Source: Octopus sinensis (taxonomy: Eukaryota). From it: 64,000 nt of DNA. The translations under genes were made by a program, and so were the position numbers. The notes beneath the pieces were generated by a model. The model was not told the DNA's origin. It worked only from the letters and a program-made list of their open reading frames with translations, and did not search any database. Shown piece by piece: positions 1-12,370 of the stretch; within the stretch, counting starts at the first letter, position 1, and each line of letters starts with the position of its first letter. Location: assembly GCF_006345805.1 (NCBI RefSeq), contig NC_043016.1, positions 30,752,001 through 30,816,000 on the forward strand. The letters run 5' to 3'.

Positions 1-350
1 GAAATCGTTGGTGTGACCAATGCCAGTGCTGCCTGACTGGCACATAAAAAGCACCATTCCAGTGTAGTCGATGCTAGAGCTGCCTAACTGGCTCCTTTGC
101 CAGTGGCATGCAAAAAGAACCATTCGAGTGTGGTCAGTGCCAATGTCGCCTGACAGGCTCCCATGCTGGTGGCACGTAAAAAGCATCCACAACACTCTTG
201 GAGTAGTTGACGTTAGGAGGGGCATCCAGCTGTAGAAACCTTGCTAGAACAGATTGGAGCCTAGTGCAGCCTCCTGGCTTGCCAGTCCTCAGTCAAACCG
301 TCCAGCCCATGCCCAGCATGGAAAGTGGATGTTAGGCGATGATGATGATT
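1..350 (+). mobile_element. RTE LINE 3' end (degenerate) with tandem 3'UTR units and (GAT)n tail
   Basis: ggcacataaaaagcacc units, ttaggaggggcatccagctgtagaaac, gatgatgatgat tail; same family as 14340-15055. Confidence 0.75.
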
Positions 351-974
351 TCATCCTCTGACACCCACCACTTCTCTATCACCTGAGAGCAAAATAGGCA
401 CATACTACATTTCCCTGCTTTCTCAGTTATTTTTCTTCTTCCACCCCAATCCACTTTCATTTCCCATTATCCTCCCCCACCTACTGTCTTCACCAATTAC
501 ATCCTTTCACTTCTCACTTCTGTTCCTGTCGTTCCCCATCATTATCTCTTCAATTATCTGCTATCACCTCAATGCTCCCACATACCTACCACAACCCCTG
601 GCCTTGAGTATCTCTTATATTTATCTCCATCATTTACTACAGTCACCTCTATCCTGCCCACTCACCCAGTCCAAACCTCTGTATCACCCCACTTATTCTC
701 ACTACCCCAAATGTCCCTTGAGGGCATGACCTGACACATCATCACCATCATCTCTTTCTCTCTCCCCCTCTCTCTCTCTCTTTCTTGCTCTCTTTATCTT
801 ACTCTCTCACTCACTCTTCATTCTTGTCCAACTGGGGTATCCATGTATCTAATCTACAGCAAGACACCTGTCTCTGTCCCTATATACCTTTAATCTCTCA
901 ACTGACACAAAGCCTTCACCACTCAATATTATTCTCCACTCCCAGTTGAGGATTTTTGTCTTACAAGGTATTTG

Positions 975-1215
975 GTTACCCAAACAGTGATGTGGCACCA
1001 TAAAAAGCACCTCAGTTGGTGCTGGTGTCTTGTAAAAAGTACCCAGTACGCTCAGTAAAGTGGTTGGCATTAGGATGAGCATCCAGCTGTAGAAACCATA
1101 TAAAACAGACAATGGAAATTGGTGTGGCTCTTGGCCTTGCCAGCTCCTGCCAAACCATCCAACCCATGCTAGCATGGAAAAAACTAACATTAAATGATGA
1201 TGAGGCTGATGGTGG
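975..1215 (+). mobile_element. RTE LINE 3' end fragment
   Basis: gcatccagctgtagaaacc...ccatgctagcatggaaa...aatgatgatg. Confidence 0.7.
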
Positions 1216-1454
1216 TAGTGGTGGTGGTGATTGTGTGTGTATGTGTATGTTTGCAAATCTGTTTGCCCCAATCACCACTTGACAACCAGTGTTGGTATGT
1301 TTACATCCCCATAACTTAGCAGTTTAGTACTTCAGCACAAGAGACCAATAGAATGAGTACCGGACTTCAAAATTGTACTGAGGTCAATTTGTTCGACACA
1401 ACCCTCCAAGGAGGTGCCCCAGCATGACCACATTCCAAAGTAAAAAACAAAGAT

Positions 1455-1710
1455 ATAGGTGCAAGTGTTGTTGTGTGGTAAGAAGTTTCCAAGGTGGTGA
1501 GCTGGTAGAAATGTTAGCACACTGGGCAAAATGCTTAGTGGTATTTCGTCTGCTGTTACGTTCTGAGTTCAAATTCCGCCAAGGTCGACTTTGCCTTTCA
1601 TCCTTTCGGGATTGATAAATTAAGTACCAGTTATGTAATCGACTTAATCCCTTTGTCTGTCCTTGTTTGTCCCCTCTGTGTGTAGCCCCTTGTGGGAAAT
1701 AAAGAAATAA
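1455..1710 (+). mobile_element. tRNA-derived SINE family B (CORE-like)
   Basis: ggtgagctggtagaaatgttagc...gagttcaaattcc (B-box)...tttgcctttcatcctttcggg...taagtaccag; recurs many times in the window. Confidence 0.8.
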
Positions 1711-1848
1711 GAAGCTTCCAAGTTCAGTCCCACTGCATAGTACTTTGGGCAAGTATCTCATATTATAGTCTTGAGCCAACCAAAGCCTTGGGAGTGGATA
1801 TGGTTGACAGAAACTGAAAAGAAGCTATTGTATATATATATATATAAA

Positions 1849-2000
1849 TAATTTATTATATAGAAGGAGCTTCTACAGGACTAGAACTGTTTCATTCAAG
1901 AGAAATCTTCAGGAAGCTAGTTCAAGCACTAGCTTCCTGAAGATTTCTCTTGAATGAAACAGTTCTAGTCCTGTAGAAGCTCCTTCTATATAATAAATTA
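1849..2000. repeat. Perfect 152-bp palindrome (72-bp arms, 8-nt loop TTCAAGCA)
   Basis: 1849-1920 is the exact reverse complement of 1929-2000 by inspection. Confidence 0.95.
1931..1981 (+). ncRNA. Type I hammerhead ribozyme motif, family H5 (mirror copy 1868-1918 on - strand)
   Basis: AGCTTC-CTGAAGA-TTTC tctt GAAT-GAA-ACAG ttctagtc CTGT-A-GAAGCT: full core, 6-bp stem I, 4-bp stem III, GUA site after 1975; U.U at base of stem II. Confidence 0.8.
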
Positions 2001-2067
2001 ATTTTACTCTGCTATGTATTGAGTACCTTATTTACTGTGGTTAACCCCGAATCAACCCGGGACCTAC

Positions 2068-2132
<65 letters not shown>

Positions 2133-3835
2133 TGTGTGTGTGTGTGTGTGTGTGTATGTATATGTTTATATGTATGTATATGTTTGTGTATATGTATATG
2201 CTTGTGTGTCTGTGTTTGTCCCCCAACCATTACCTGACAACCGATGTTGGTGTGTTTACATCCTCATAACATAGCAGTTTGACAAAAGAAACTTATAGAA
2301 TAAGTACTGGGCTTACAAAGAATGAGTCCTGGGGTCAAATTGTTCAACTAAAGGCAGTGCTCCAGCATGGCCGCATTCAAATGACTGAGACAAATAAAAG
2401 AATAAAAGAATATATCTGTTGAAATTATTACTAGCAATATTTTATAAACCTCAGGAATGTTGAGACTTCATTTCTTTTCTATTTATCCTTTTATCTTTTT
2501 TAAACTCTTCAAAATCAATGCTTTTATTTCCTGAACCAAATTAAAATTTAAAGCAGTAATTATTCTGTTCTTTTGATAAATCTGTTACTACTTTAGAACA
2601 ATATTCTTAATTTTTCACTCAAAAGTCAAACTATATTTTTGATTTGAAGTCATCATTTCTATATATTTGTGCATTATCTACAATCGACCAGGTAATTTTG
2701 AATTTGTAAGAACTTGCCTCATGCACAAACCATATAAATTTTGTCAAAGCCACAGTGCATTTTCCTTCAGGGCTGATAAACAATTGTTTGTGTTTATATA
2801 ATCAATTTTTGAACGTCAGTTTAGTTGTCCCAATATTTAGAAATAACTGTTGTTTGTGTCTTCTTTAAGTACTGTATATTGTTGACTTTGTCAGTTACCA
2901 TCTAGTGCATATATTAAGTACATGTGTGTGTGTGTATATATGCATGTGATATTATGACTTATATGAAATCAATATATCACAATTTATCTTAAAACATTCA
3001 ATAAATAATTTTATGTGATTATAAATAATTTGCATTTGTCCTTTGTGAGAAATAAAATGGAAAGGAACTCTTGATTAGTACTACTTTATGACTTTTTGAC
3101 CCTCTTCTAGGATAATTTTTATGAAAAGAAAACTGTTCCCTTACAATTACTTATCTTAATAGAAAAAATATTTAAGAGCCATAAACTCCAAGGCTCCAAT
3201 AAAATATAAAGAAAATCTATAGTTGCCTGGAAAATATATTTAGTGCCACTAAGAACCACAATGCAAAAATTTTGTCTGTGGAAAGGAGCGGGCTTGCAAA
3301 TGCCAATATTTAGAACTTTGTTCTTCGAAATGGCAAATATCTAGAAAAAGATATCGTATATATATGATAATGCTTCTACGATAATCACACTAACAAAACA
3401 CATAGAGATCGCAAAATACTCTTTCAGAAGCCATTTACAAAAGTAGAATAGTTTCTTTCTGTGATCAGCACTCACAAAACACTCAACTAATGTCAAAGCA
3501 TATTTGATAATCAAAAGACAAAGGACAGTCCACCTGCATCATATGGACAAATGCATTTAAGAATTGATCAAAGTGCTAAAAGAAAAAATCACTAACAGAG
3601 AAGAAGAGGGGATGGTGGTGCCAGTGACAGTAGCAAGGAGGAAGTAGATTTACCTTGTATTATCTGCGTTCCACTTTTAAATACATATCAATAATTTATG
3701 TTAATTTATGGTGAGTAAATACCTCATCATCATTATTAGTATTGCTTTCATTAATCAAATCTATTTAAAATCAATTTCATTATTTTAATTAATTGCTTCC
3801 TTTTCTCTTATTTTATATAATTGTTATCATTTCAG

Positions 3836-3881
3836 AATCTTCAGCCAGAAAAGATCAGCTATAGAGAAAGAATATGCACAG
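3836..3881 (+). CDS. FCHSD2: FCHSD2/nwk-like F-BAR protein, internal exon (46 nt): (x)IFSQKRSAIEKEYAQ
   Basis: tttcag|AATC...GCACAG|gtatga; peptide resembles recalled FCHSD2 TFSQKKAAIEREYAQ; phase 2 start, phase 0 end, in frame with next exon. Confidence 0.9.
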
Positions 3882-3973
3882 GTATGATAATTGCATATTA
3901 TATGGTTGACCTATTTTTGTATTACTTTTAAAATTTCAGTTTTGTTTTTATAATTTGTTGATTATATATATAA

Positions 3974-4004
<31 letters not shown>

Positions 4005-4289
4005 AATGGAAGCAGAGTTAGCAATTGCAGTAAATGCCTAAGTGATAAAAGCATCTGTATTTAGTATCAGTGTCAATTACCTGTTTTGTCCCTGGGTATA
4101 AGTATGCAGGCAATCTATGCTCATAGGATACAAATAACAACAGAATAAACAAAAATTTATCAGTAATCATACTTAAATAATCAGAAAATGGAGAAAACTT
4201 TTGATCAACAAACACACACACACACACCAGCCCCTATCCATAAGCATATACATGCTCTCACATATATATGCACACGCACCTTTGTTTTG

Positions 4290-4560
4290 GGATCACCACT
4301 ACTTTATTATCTCCCTTTCTTCCTAGCTCTCCTGTCTGACCATCTCTGTCCAGCCATCACCAAAATTGACTGATAGCTACTAAAGCTTTCTTTTTTCATT
4401 CTGTCGCTGTTTATTTTCATGTGTTCCTTTCTGTTGAAGAACATAGGCTCAAAATGTAAAAGACTTTCGCACTTTTCTGAACGTTAAACTAATACACCTG
4501 TTTGTTGTTTGCACACCTGTCTTTGTCTTTTGTTTTTTGTAAATTCCAACTATATAGATG
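4290..4560 (+). mobile_element. Penelope-like non-autonomous fragment with degenerate minimal hammerhead (4427-4462, family H3)
   Basis: cttt-ctgttga-agaac atag gctc-aaaatgta-aaag; same family as 50580-50770 (-); TA-repeat context. Confidence 0.55.
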
Positions 4561-4590
4561 GGTGGGTAGATGGATGGATATAAATATATT

Positions 4591-4680
<90 letters not shown>

Positions 4681-4681
<1 letters not shown>

Positions 4682-5100
4682 CATCATATCATCATCATCG
4701 TTTAACGTCCGTTTTCCGCGCTAGCACGGGTTGGACGGTTCGACCGGGGTCTGGGAAGCCAGGAGGCTGCACTAGGCTCCAGTCTGATCTGGCAGTGTTT
4801 CTACAGCTGGATGCCCTTCCTAACGCCAACAACTCTGTGAGTGTAGTGCTTTTTATGTGCCACCGGCACGGAAGCCAGTCAAGGCGGTGCTGGCATCGGC
4901 CACGTTCGGATGGTGCTTTTTACATGCTACCGGCACAGAAGCCAGTCAAGGTGGTGCTGGCACCAGCCATGTTCGGATGGTGCTTTTTACGTGCCACCGA
5001 CACAGAAGCCAGTCAAGGTGGCGCTGGTATCAGCCACGTTCGGATGGTGCTTTTTATGTGCCACTGGCACTGGTATCACAACTACTATTTCCATTGATAT
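4681..5100 (-). mobile_element. RTE LINE 3'UTR, 5'-truncated, with 67-bp tandem units
   Basis: reverse complement of 14360-15030; ggatggtgcttttt recurs at 67-bp spacing (4911, 4978, 5045); (ATC)n tail. Confidence 0.85.
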
Positions 5101-5114
5101 TATACATATAAATA

Positions 5115-5149
<35 letters not shown>

Positions 5150-5240
5150 GTATATATATAAATAGAGAGAAACATACATGCATACATATACATATAAAAA
5201 TACATATATAAATACATACATATGTATATATATATAAATA

Positions 5241-5280
<40 letters not shown>

Positions 5281-5380
5281 TGATAAATATATATATATAT
5301 ATACATACATGCATACATACATATATACATATATATATAGAACAAATCATTTATATATTTATATATATATATATATATAT

Positions 5381-6568
5381 CCTCATCTGGCACCTGTGTC
5401 GGTGGCACAATAAAAACACCTTCCGAAGACCCGGCAAGACTAGTCAGTCCACCTGTGCATACCTTCCTTCTTGTGACACTTGTGAAGACCGGTTGAGGCA
5501 AGTGAAAATCAAATCAAATCAAATCAAAATAGACAAAATAGATGAACATCAATGGAATTTGTATCTTGTGGTACCAGTGCCTGTGGCACATAAGAATCCA
5601 TTGAAGACCGGTTGGGCAAGTGAAAATCAAATCAAATCAAATCAAAATAGACAAAATAGATGAACATCAATGGAATTTGTATCTTGTGTGGGTACCAGTG
5701 CCTGTGGCACAAAGAAAATCCATCAGTGCCGTAGTCAGTGCGGTGGGCACATGACAAACACCATCCGATCGTGGCCGTTCGCCAGCCTCATCTGGCACCT
5801 GTGTCTGTGGCACATAAAAACACACATCCGAAGACCCGGCAAGACTAGTGAGACCATAACCCATGGCCCCTGCCTGGGACGTGGTCGGTCCACCTGTGCA
5901 TACCTTCCTTCTTGTGACACTTGTGAAGACCTGTTGAGACAAGTGAAAAATCAAACAAATCAAAATAGATGAACATCAATGGAATTTGTATCTTTGTGGT
6001 GCCGGTGCCGGTGGCACGTGGCACATAAGAAAACCATCCGAGCGTGGCCGTAGCCAGTACCGCATCAACTGGCCTCCGTGCTGTGGCACGTAACAAGCAC
6101 CATCCGATCGTGGCCGTTTGCCAGCCTCATCTGGCACCTGTGTCGGTGGCACATAAAAACACCATCCGAGCGTGGCCGCCTGCCAGCCTCGTCTGGCACC
6201 TGTGTCGGTGGCACATAAAAACACCATCCGAGCGTGGCCGTCTGCCAGCCTCGTCTGGCACCTGTGTCGGTGGCACATAAAAACACCATCCGAGCGTGGC
6301 CGTCTGCCAGCCTCGTCTGGCACCTGTGTCGGTGGCACATAAAAACACCATCCGAGCGTGGCCGTTTGCCAGCCTCGTCTGGCACCTGTGTCGGTGGCAC
6401 ATAAAATCACCCACTACACTCTCGGAGTGGTTGGCGTTAGGAAGGGCATCCAGCTGTAGAAACACTGCCAGATCTGACTGGACTGGTGCAGCTTTCGGGC
6501 TCCCCAGACCCCAGTTGAACCGTCCAACCCATGCTAGCATGGAAAGCGGACGTTAAATGATGATGATG
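5381..6568 (+). mobile_element. Compound RTE 3'UTR: repeated partial segments plus a 62-bp tandem array and (GAT)n tail
   Basis: segments restart at GAAGACC (5425, 5603, 5830); near-identical 62-bp units about 6085-6410; RTE 3' terminus 6410-6568. Confidence 0.85.
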
Positions 6569-6620
6569 TATATATATAAATTAACAGAATGCGATTAAAA
6601 ATACCACTCATAGTCTATAT

Positions 6621-6651
<31 letters not shown>

Positions 6652-6655
<4 letters not shown>

Positions 6656-6994
6656 GTTTTCAGAACAATTATAAAGAGAAGGTCTTACAGCTGTTTCCAG
6701 GATATTTTATATATCCCTTCACCAGAGATGGTGTGGGCAAATGTTTAAGTAATAGTTATTATAGAGAAGATATGAAATGCAGAATGAAGTGGAGGAATGA
6801 AAACGGACGTGAGATACAATATCCTTACGTATCTCAAGTCTGTTCTCATCCATCCACTTCACTCTGTATTTCATATCTTTTCTATAATAACTACTACTTA
6901 AATATTTTCTCACACTGTCTCTGATGAATGGATGTATAAAATATCCTACAAACAGCTGTAAGACCTTCTCTTTATAAATGTTCTGAAAAGTACT
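6652..6994. repeat. Imperfect foldback (~165-bp arms, 11-nt loop) with a hammerhead motif in each arm (family H4)
   Basis: arms are reverse complements (ORFs 6589+ and 6719- give near-identical peptides); GTCT-CTGATGA...AAAC AGCT GTA-AGAC at 6917-6964 and mirror 6682-6729. Confidence 0.8.
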
Positions 6995-7204
6995 CACAGC
7001 CTTGTATTTTTTATCTCATTCTGTTAATTTATATATATATATATATATACATGCTAATACACAACCTATGTTGGACTCTTCATTCATATCATTATTGAAC
7101 CTGGAGCTTAACTATAGTCTGTCCATAGCATTTACTCAGCATTACCTGACACTTTTTGGGTCTTCTTGACACCAATACCACTCATACTCTCTCTCTCTTT
7201 CTCT

Positions 7205-7285
<81 letters not shown>

Positions 7286-7389
7286 CTAGATAGATAGATA
7301 TGTACATACATATAGATATATATAGATACATACATATACAAAAATTTTTTTTTCGTAATGAGATAAAAAAAGCCAAGGCTGTGTAAATT

Positions 7390-7560
7390 TTAGAACATTT
7401 ACAGACAGAAGGTCTTACAGCTGTTTCCAGGATATTTATTATATCCCTTCATCAAAGACTGTGTGAGAAAATGGTTAAATAATAGTTAATTTAAATAAGA
7501 TACAAAATAGAGAGTGAGGTGGAGGAAAGAAAATAGATGTGAGATGCATAGGGATATTGT
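7390..7560 (-). mobile_element. Single-arm copy of the H4 element with hammerhead motif at 7412-7459
   Basis: minus strand reads GTCT-TTGATGA-AGGGATAT aata AATATCCTG-GAAAC AGCT GTA-AGAC. Confidence 0.75.
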
Positions 7561-7924
7561 ATTTGTAGATCTTTTATTTTAAGCAGTATGGTATACATTT
7601 AAGATTCCAATACCTTATGAGTAAAATCCAATAGCATTTAAATACGTAGGTATGATTTCATATGTTCACATATCAAAATTTTAGTGTTGTTTTTTTATTA
7701 ATAAATCAATCAACCTTGGTTTTGGTTTTGTCCTAGGAGACATCTGTGAAGTTGATCCATTAAGTTATAAATTACACTAAAGTATATAACAAAACTGTGC
7801 TAAAATAAGAATGATAATAGATTACTGAATTCACTTATCAGGGCAATATTTACTTGAGATAACAAATTTCTGCACCTCTTCACCTTCTTTGCTGAGATAC
7901 ATTACAAACTATGAAAGTAAGCTG

Positions 7925-8345
7925 TAAAGTTCATTTATTATTAAGTCAGTGTTCTTGTTATCTTTTCTTTGGTTCAGTCATTGGACTGCGGGCATTCTGG
8001 GGCACCACCTTCAAGAATGTTTTGTCAAATGAATCTATGCCAATACTTTTTTTTTTAATCCTGGTATTTATTTTATCAGTCTCTTTTGCCAAACTGCTAG
8101 ATTACAGGGATATAAACACACCAATACCAGTTGTCAAGTGGTTGTAGGGGACAAACACAGACAGAAACACGCACAAACACACTCACACGCATGCACGCAC
8201 ACCCATATATACATAAATGGCTTGTTTCAGCTTCCATCTATCAAATCTTCTCAGAAGGCTTTGGTCTGCCTGAGGTTGGACTGAACCCAGAACCATGTGT
8301 TTGGGCAGTAATCTTCTTACCACACACACTGCCTGTGCCTAAGTA
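7925..8345 (-). mobile_element. SINE family A (degenerate)
   Basis: reverse complement of the 19234-19640 type, with internal (CA)n. Confidence 0.7.
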
Positions 8346-8490
8346 TATTTACAAAATGGATTGCTTTTTCTATTGCATGTGTAGACTTTTGTACTCCTGC
8401 TTCCATTTTGCTATTGCTGTTGTGTTGCAGACATTTGCTGAAGCTGAAGTCTCTATGGGTGATTGGTGACTATGTACATTTTATAATATA

Positions 8491-9002
8491 CTAGCAGTAT
8501 CGCCTGGCGTTGCTCAGGTTTGTAAGGGAAATAACCATATAAGCATTTTTAGAGAGTTACTGCCCTTATAGATGCCAATTCGGGTTTTCTTAGCCATTTT
8601 TGTTTTGGTGTCTTCAAGCCATGAAGTCGTTGTTCTAAAAGAACGCTGGTCTCCTTGACAACGCTTTACGATGTTGATTTCCTTACACTCCCTTCCCCAC
8701 AGCTTCACGAGGGAGGGAAGAAGGGGGAGAAGCAAACAGGTGCAGGTGTGACCATGGCGCCAACTCCGCCGCCATCGACACACGAAAATTATGCATTAAA
8801 ATGGAATAAAAATGATGTTAAATTATTTTTAAAATCGTAGACTCATCGTAGATGAGCGCTAATACTCAGACGGGCTCGATATTAATCATCACGACTATAA
8901 GATACCCGACTTTGGTTAAACTGCACCGCAAAATGTGGGAGTAGTTAGGAATCTAAATCGAAGGGGACAGACACTCACACAACTACAGTTTTATATATAA
9001 GA
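8491..9002 (-). mobile_element. Non-autonomous Helitron (~512 bp)
   Basis: 5' TC..., 3' gcaacgccagg hairpin + CTAG, inserted A|T with no TSD; second copy at 26493-27005. Confidence 0.85.
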
Positions 9003-9018
9003 TATGCAATATGTAATA

Positions 9019-9055
<37 letters not shown>

Positions 9056-9699
9056 CACGGGCATGGTTGTTTGGTTAGGGAGCTTGCTTCCTAGCTACAT
9101 GATTTCGGGTTCAGTCCCACTGCGTGACACTTTGGGTAGGTGTCTTCCACTATAGCCCCGAGCCAACCGGAGCTTTGTGATTGAATTCGGTAGGTGGAAG
9201 TTACTGCCGTGTGTGTATGTGTGCGTATAGCTGCTCAGTGCCTCTCCGAAAGAGAGAGAGGGAATATACATACATATAGGTGATTGGTGACTAGGTGGGA
9301 GTTGTTCTTTTGGATGCACTTTTTATCATGACTTGTCCATTTAATCGGGTGAAAGTGCTTAATCAAGTTGAGATTTATAGAAGGGCAACTAGCATCAAGT
9401 GTCATCATGATTTTTCCACCGGCTACAAACTGGGGAACATAGTATATAAAATAGTCATCTTAGCTTTCTGAAAGGTGTTTTGTTATATCTTGGGAGTTGA
9501 AGTAAAGATGAAAGTGAACGAAAGGTTTGTGTGTGCATGTGCATGTGTGTGTGTGCATGCGTACACATGTGTGTATATGTGTGTGCATGTGTGAACCTGT
9601 GTGATTGCTTGTGTATGTGTTTGTGGATGTGTGGGGGAACGAGATCTATCAACTGGCACAATGATAGTACGAGCCCAAAGAAACAGTGGAAGATCTTTC

Positions 9700-10095
9700 T
9701 GGTGGAGTATTCTTTTACTTGTTTCAGTCATTTGAGTGTGGCCATGCTAGAGCACCAGCTTAAAGGGTTTTAGTTGAAGAAATCAACCCCAGGACTTATT
9801 CTTTGTAAGCCTTGTACATATTCTGTTGGTCTCTTTTACCAAACTGCTAAATTACAGGGACATGAACACACCAACATCAGTTGTCAAGCAATAGTGGGGG
9901 GTGGGGGACAAACATAGACACAAAGACACACACACACACACGCACACACATATACGACAAGCTTCTTTCAAATCCACACACAAGGTTTTGGTCAGCCCAA
10001 AGCTATAGTAGAAGACACTTGCTCAAGGTGCCATGCTGTGGGACTGAACCTGGAACCATGTGGTTGGGAAGCAAGCATCTTACCACAGAGCCACA
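9700..10095 (-). mobile_element. SINE family A
   Basis: reverse complement match to family A over both halves. Confidence 0.75.
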
Positions 10096-10406
10096 AATGC
10101 AAGTAAAGGAACACTGTTAGTGAGGTATCATCAAGGTTGTTCTAGCATCACTGCTGTTCTAGCTAGATGCCAAAACTGGAAGCAAACTGATGAGGCTATC
10201 CTTGTTTCATTCATTTATTGCTCATGGATTGACTGTTTATTGGCTCATATTCAGCATATGTTGTGTGGAGCGGGTTGAAATCAAATTTAGTAAATCAACT
10301 GGTAAATGAAATTTGGTTTCCTTTTGAATATCCAGTGTCTGAATAGTTTTGAATTTGAAATGGCAGTCTAAACAAAACACTTATCTTTATGTTCTTTTGT
10401 TTAGAT

Positions 10407-10927
10407 CAGGGGTCACCAAACCCTTTCGACCATCAACACCCCTTTAGCCACTTCTTCCACATTGACCTTTAGTTACTTCTCTTTCTGCATTGACCACCTT
10501 CCTCATTTAAAATGTCTTAATTCCCTACCCTACTGTACCATATCTGAAATGAGTACCAGGCAATTAAAATGTTAGCTAAAATATTCATGTACGACAAATT
10601 AAGAAATTCTAATGAAGATGACACACTTTTTACATTTAAAACTATGTGTACGAGTATACATTTATTTAACTTTCAATTTTTCTGAAATTGTTTTCACAGT
10701 GAAAAAATGTAAAAAAAAACGCATCATATTGCTGGAATATCTTTTACTGAAATTGACAGCATCAATGTGAGGAATGAGCATGGTGCTAACTAAGTATTTC
10801 AAGCCGTTCATCTGTGTGAGCTGGTCTTTTGCACACCAACTGCCAATAGACTCCTTGACTATCATCAACCCTCTGTAATTTCTTGCCAACCCTTAGAGGT
10901 CCATCAGACCCCCATTGGCAACCCCTG
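10407..10927. mobile_element. Non-autonomous hAT transposon/MITE
   Basis: TIRs CAGGGGTCACCAA / TTGGCAACCCCTG; exact 8-bp TSD GTTTAGAT (10399-10406, 10928-10935). Confidence 0.9.
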
Positions 10928-11725
10928 GTTTAGATGATTGGAAACACACAATTCAGTACTGGAAATTAGAGCTTTGCAGTGATAGAGTATTAAAGAATAC
11001 TTTACATTTGTATTAAATTCTGTAACTCATATATATATTAGAAATACATAAAGTTGAGCATATTCTCAACCTAAAACTTATATTGAAAAACTTATGTGAG
11101 TGGGCTAGTTGCATATTAACTATTATATATATATCTCTCTTTATAATAACAGCTAATATAAATATTGGACTGGTGGTTAGATGGTTGGTTGGTTGGTTTG
11201 TTGGTTAATGTCTCCAATCACACTTTACATGATATAGAGAGATGGGTAGAGAGAGTAACAGTGAATTACAGAGAGAGAGAGTGAGAGAGTTAATACAAGA
11301 GGTACAAGATGAGTGCACATACTAGGATTGATAGCAGGCAATGAATAAAAGAACGCAACACATACAGATAGATAGTGAGAGAGAAAGAACTGCAGAGGAG
11401 GAGTAGGAGAAGGAAAAAGAAAGAGAGTAATGATAGGGTAGTTATGGGAGAAATTATACAAATAAGGCACTTGTTTTATTTAATTTTTTTATAAGGTAAT
11501 ATTTTTCTTTTGAAAATTAGCATTCATTTCATCATTTTGTATAATCACCAGAAAAATTTTATAAAAGTTAAATTGAAAACCGTGTATGCCATATTTCCTG
11601 ATAATACCCATATGACATTTAACACTCTAGTACTTATATCATCATCATCATATGTATTAATATATATAATATTATATATATATATATATATATAAATATA
11701 TTATATATACTATATCCAGAAGATA

Positions 11726-11758
<33 letters not shown>

Positions 11759-11791
11759 ATATGTATGTATGTATTAATCCCAAAAGATATA

Positions 11792-12020
11792 CAGGGTTGG
11801 TCAAAAGTAACCTGACAGTAAATCAGAGCCATTTAATTCCAAGATTATTTATATTTAACAACTGATTGAATTTAAGAAAAGAATCGAAATATGAAACATC
11901 ATGAAAATTGTTCAAACTGAAGTCCTTTTTAAGTGACAGATTTTCCCATTCAAGCCAATACAGAATTACAGATAGTATTTATGGAATTTTGATTTTCTGT
12001 TGGGTAACTTTTGGCTAACC

Positions 12021-12023
<3 letters not shown>
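11792..12023. mobile_element. Tc1/mariner MITE
   Basis: TIRs CAGGGTTGGTCAAAAGTAACC / GGTAACTTTTGGCTAACCCTA with TA flanks. Confidence 0.75.
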
Positions 12024-12094
<71 letters not shown>

Positions 12095-12144
12095 TTGGAA
12101 GAGTGGATTTCAAAGCATACAAAGAAAATAATAGCATGTAAATA

Positions 12145-12313
12145 TTGGTGCAGGAGTGGCTGTGGTAAGTAGCTTGCTAACCAACCACATGGTTCCGGGT
12201 TCAATCCCACAGTGTGGTACCTTGGGCAAGTGTCTTCTACTATAACCTTGGACCAACCAAAGCCTTGTGGGTGGATTTGGTAGACGGAAACTGAAAGAAG
12301 CCCATCATATATA

Positions 12314-12370
<57 letters not shown>

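Larger units (their letters stand above)
1720..2410 (+). mobile_element. tRNA-derived SINE family A, split at its internal microsatellite by the 1849-2000 palindrome
   Basis: 5' half 1720-1830 (agttcagtcccactg...gggcaagt...aaagcc), 3' half about 2200-2410 (gacaaccgatg...gactgagacaaataaaag). Confidence 0.75.
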
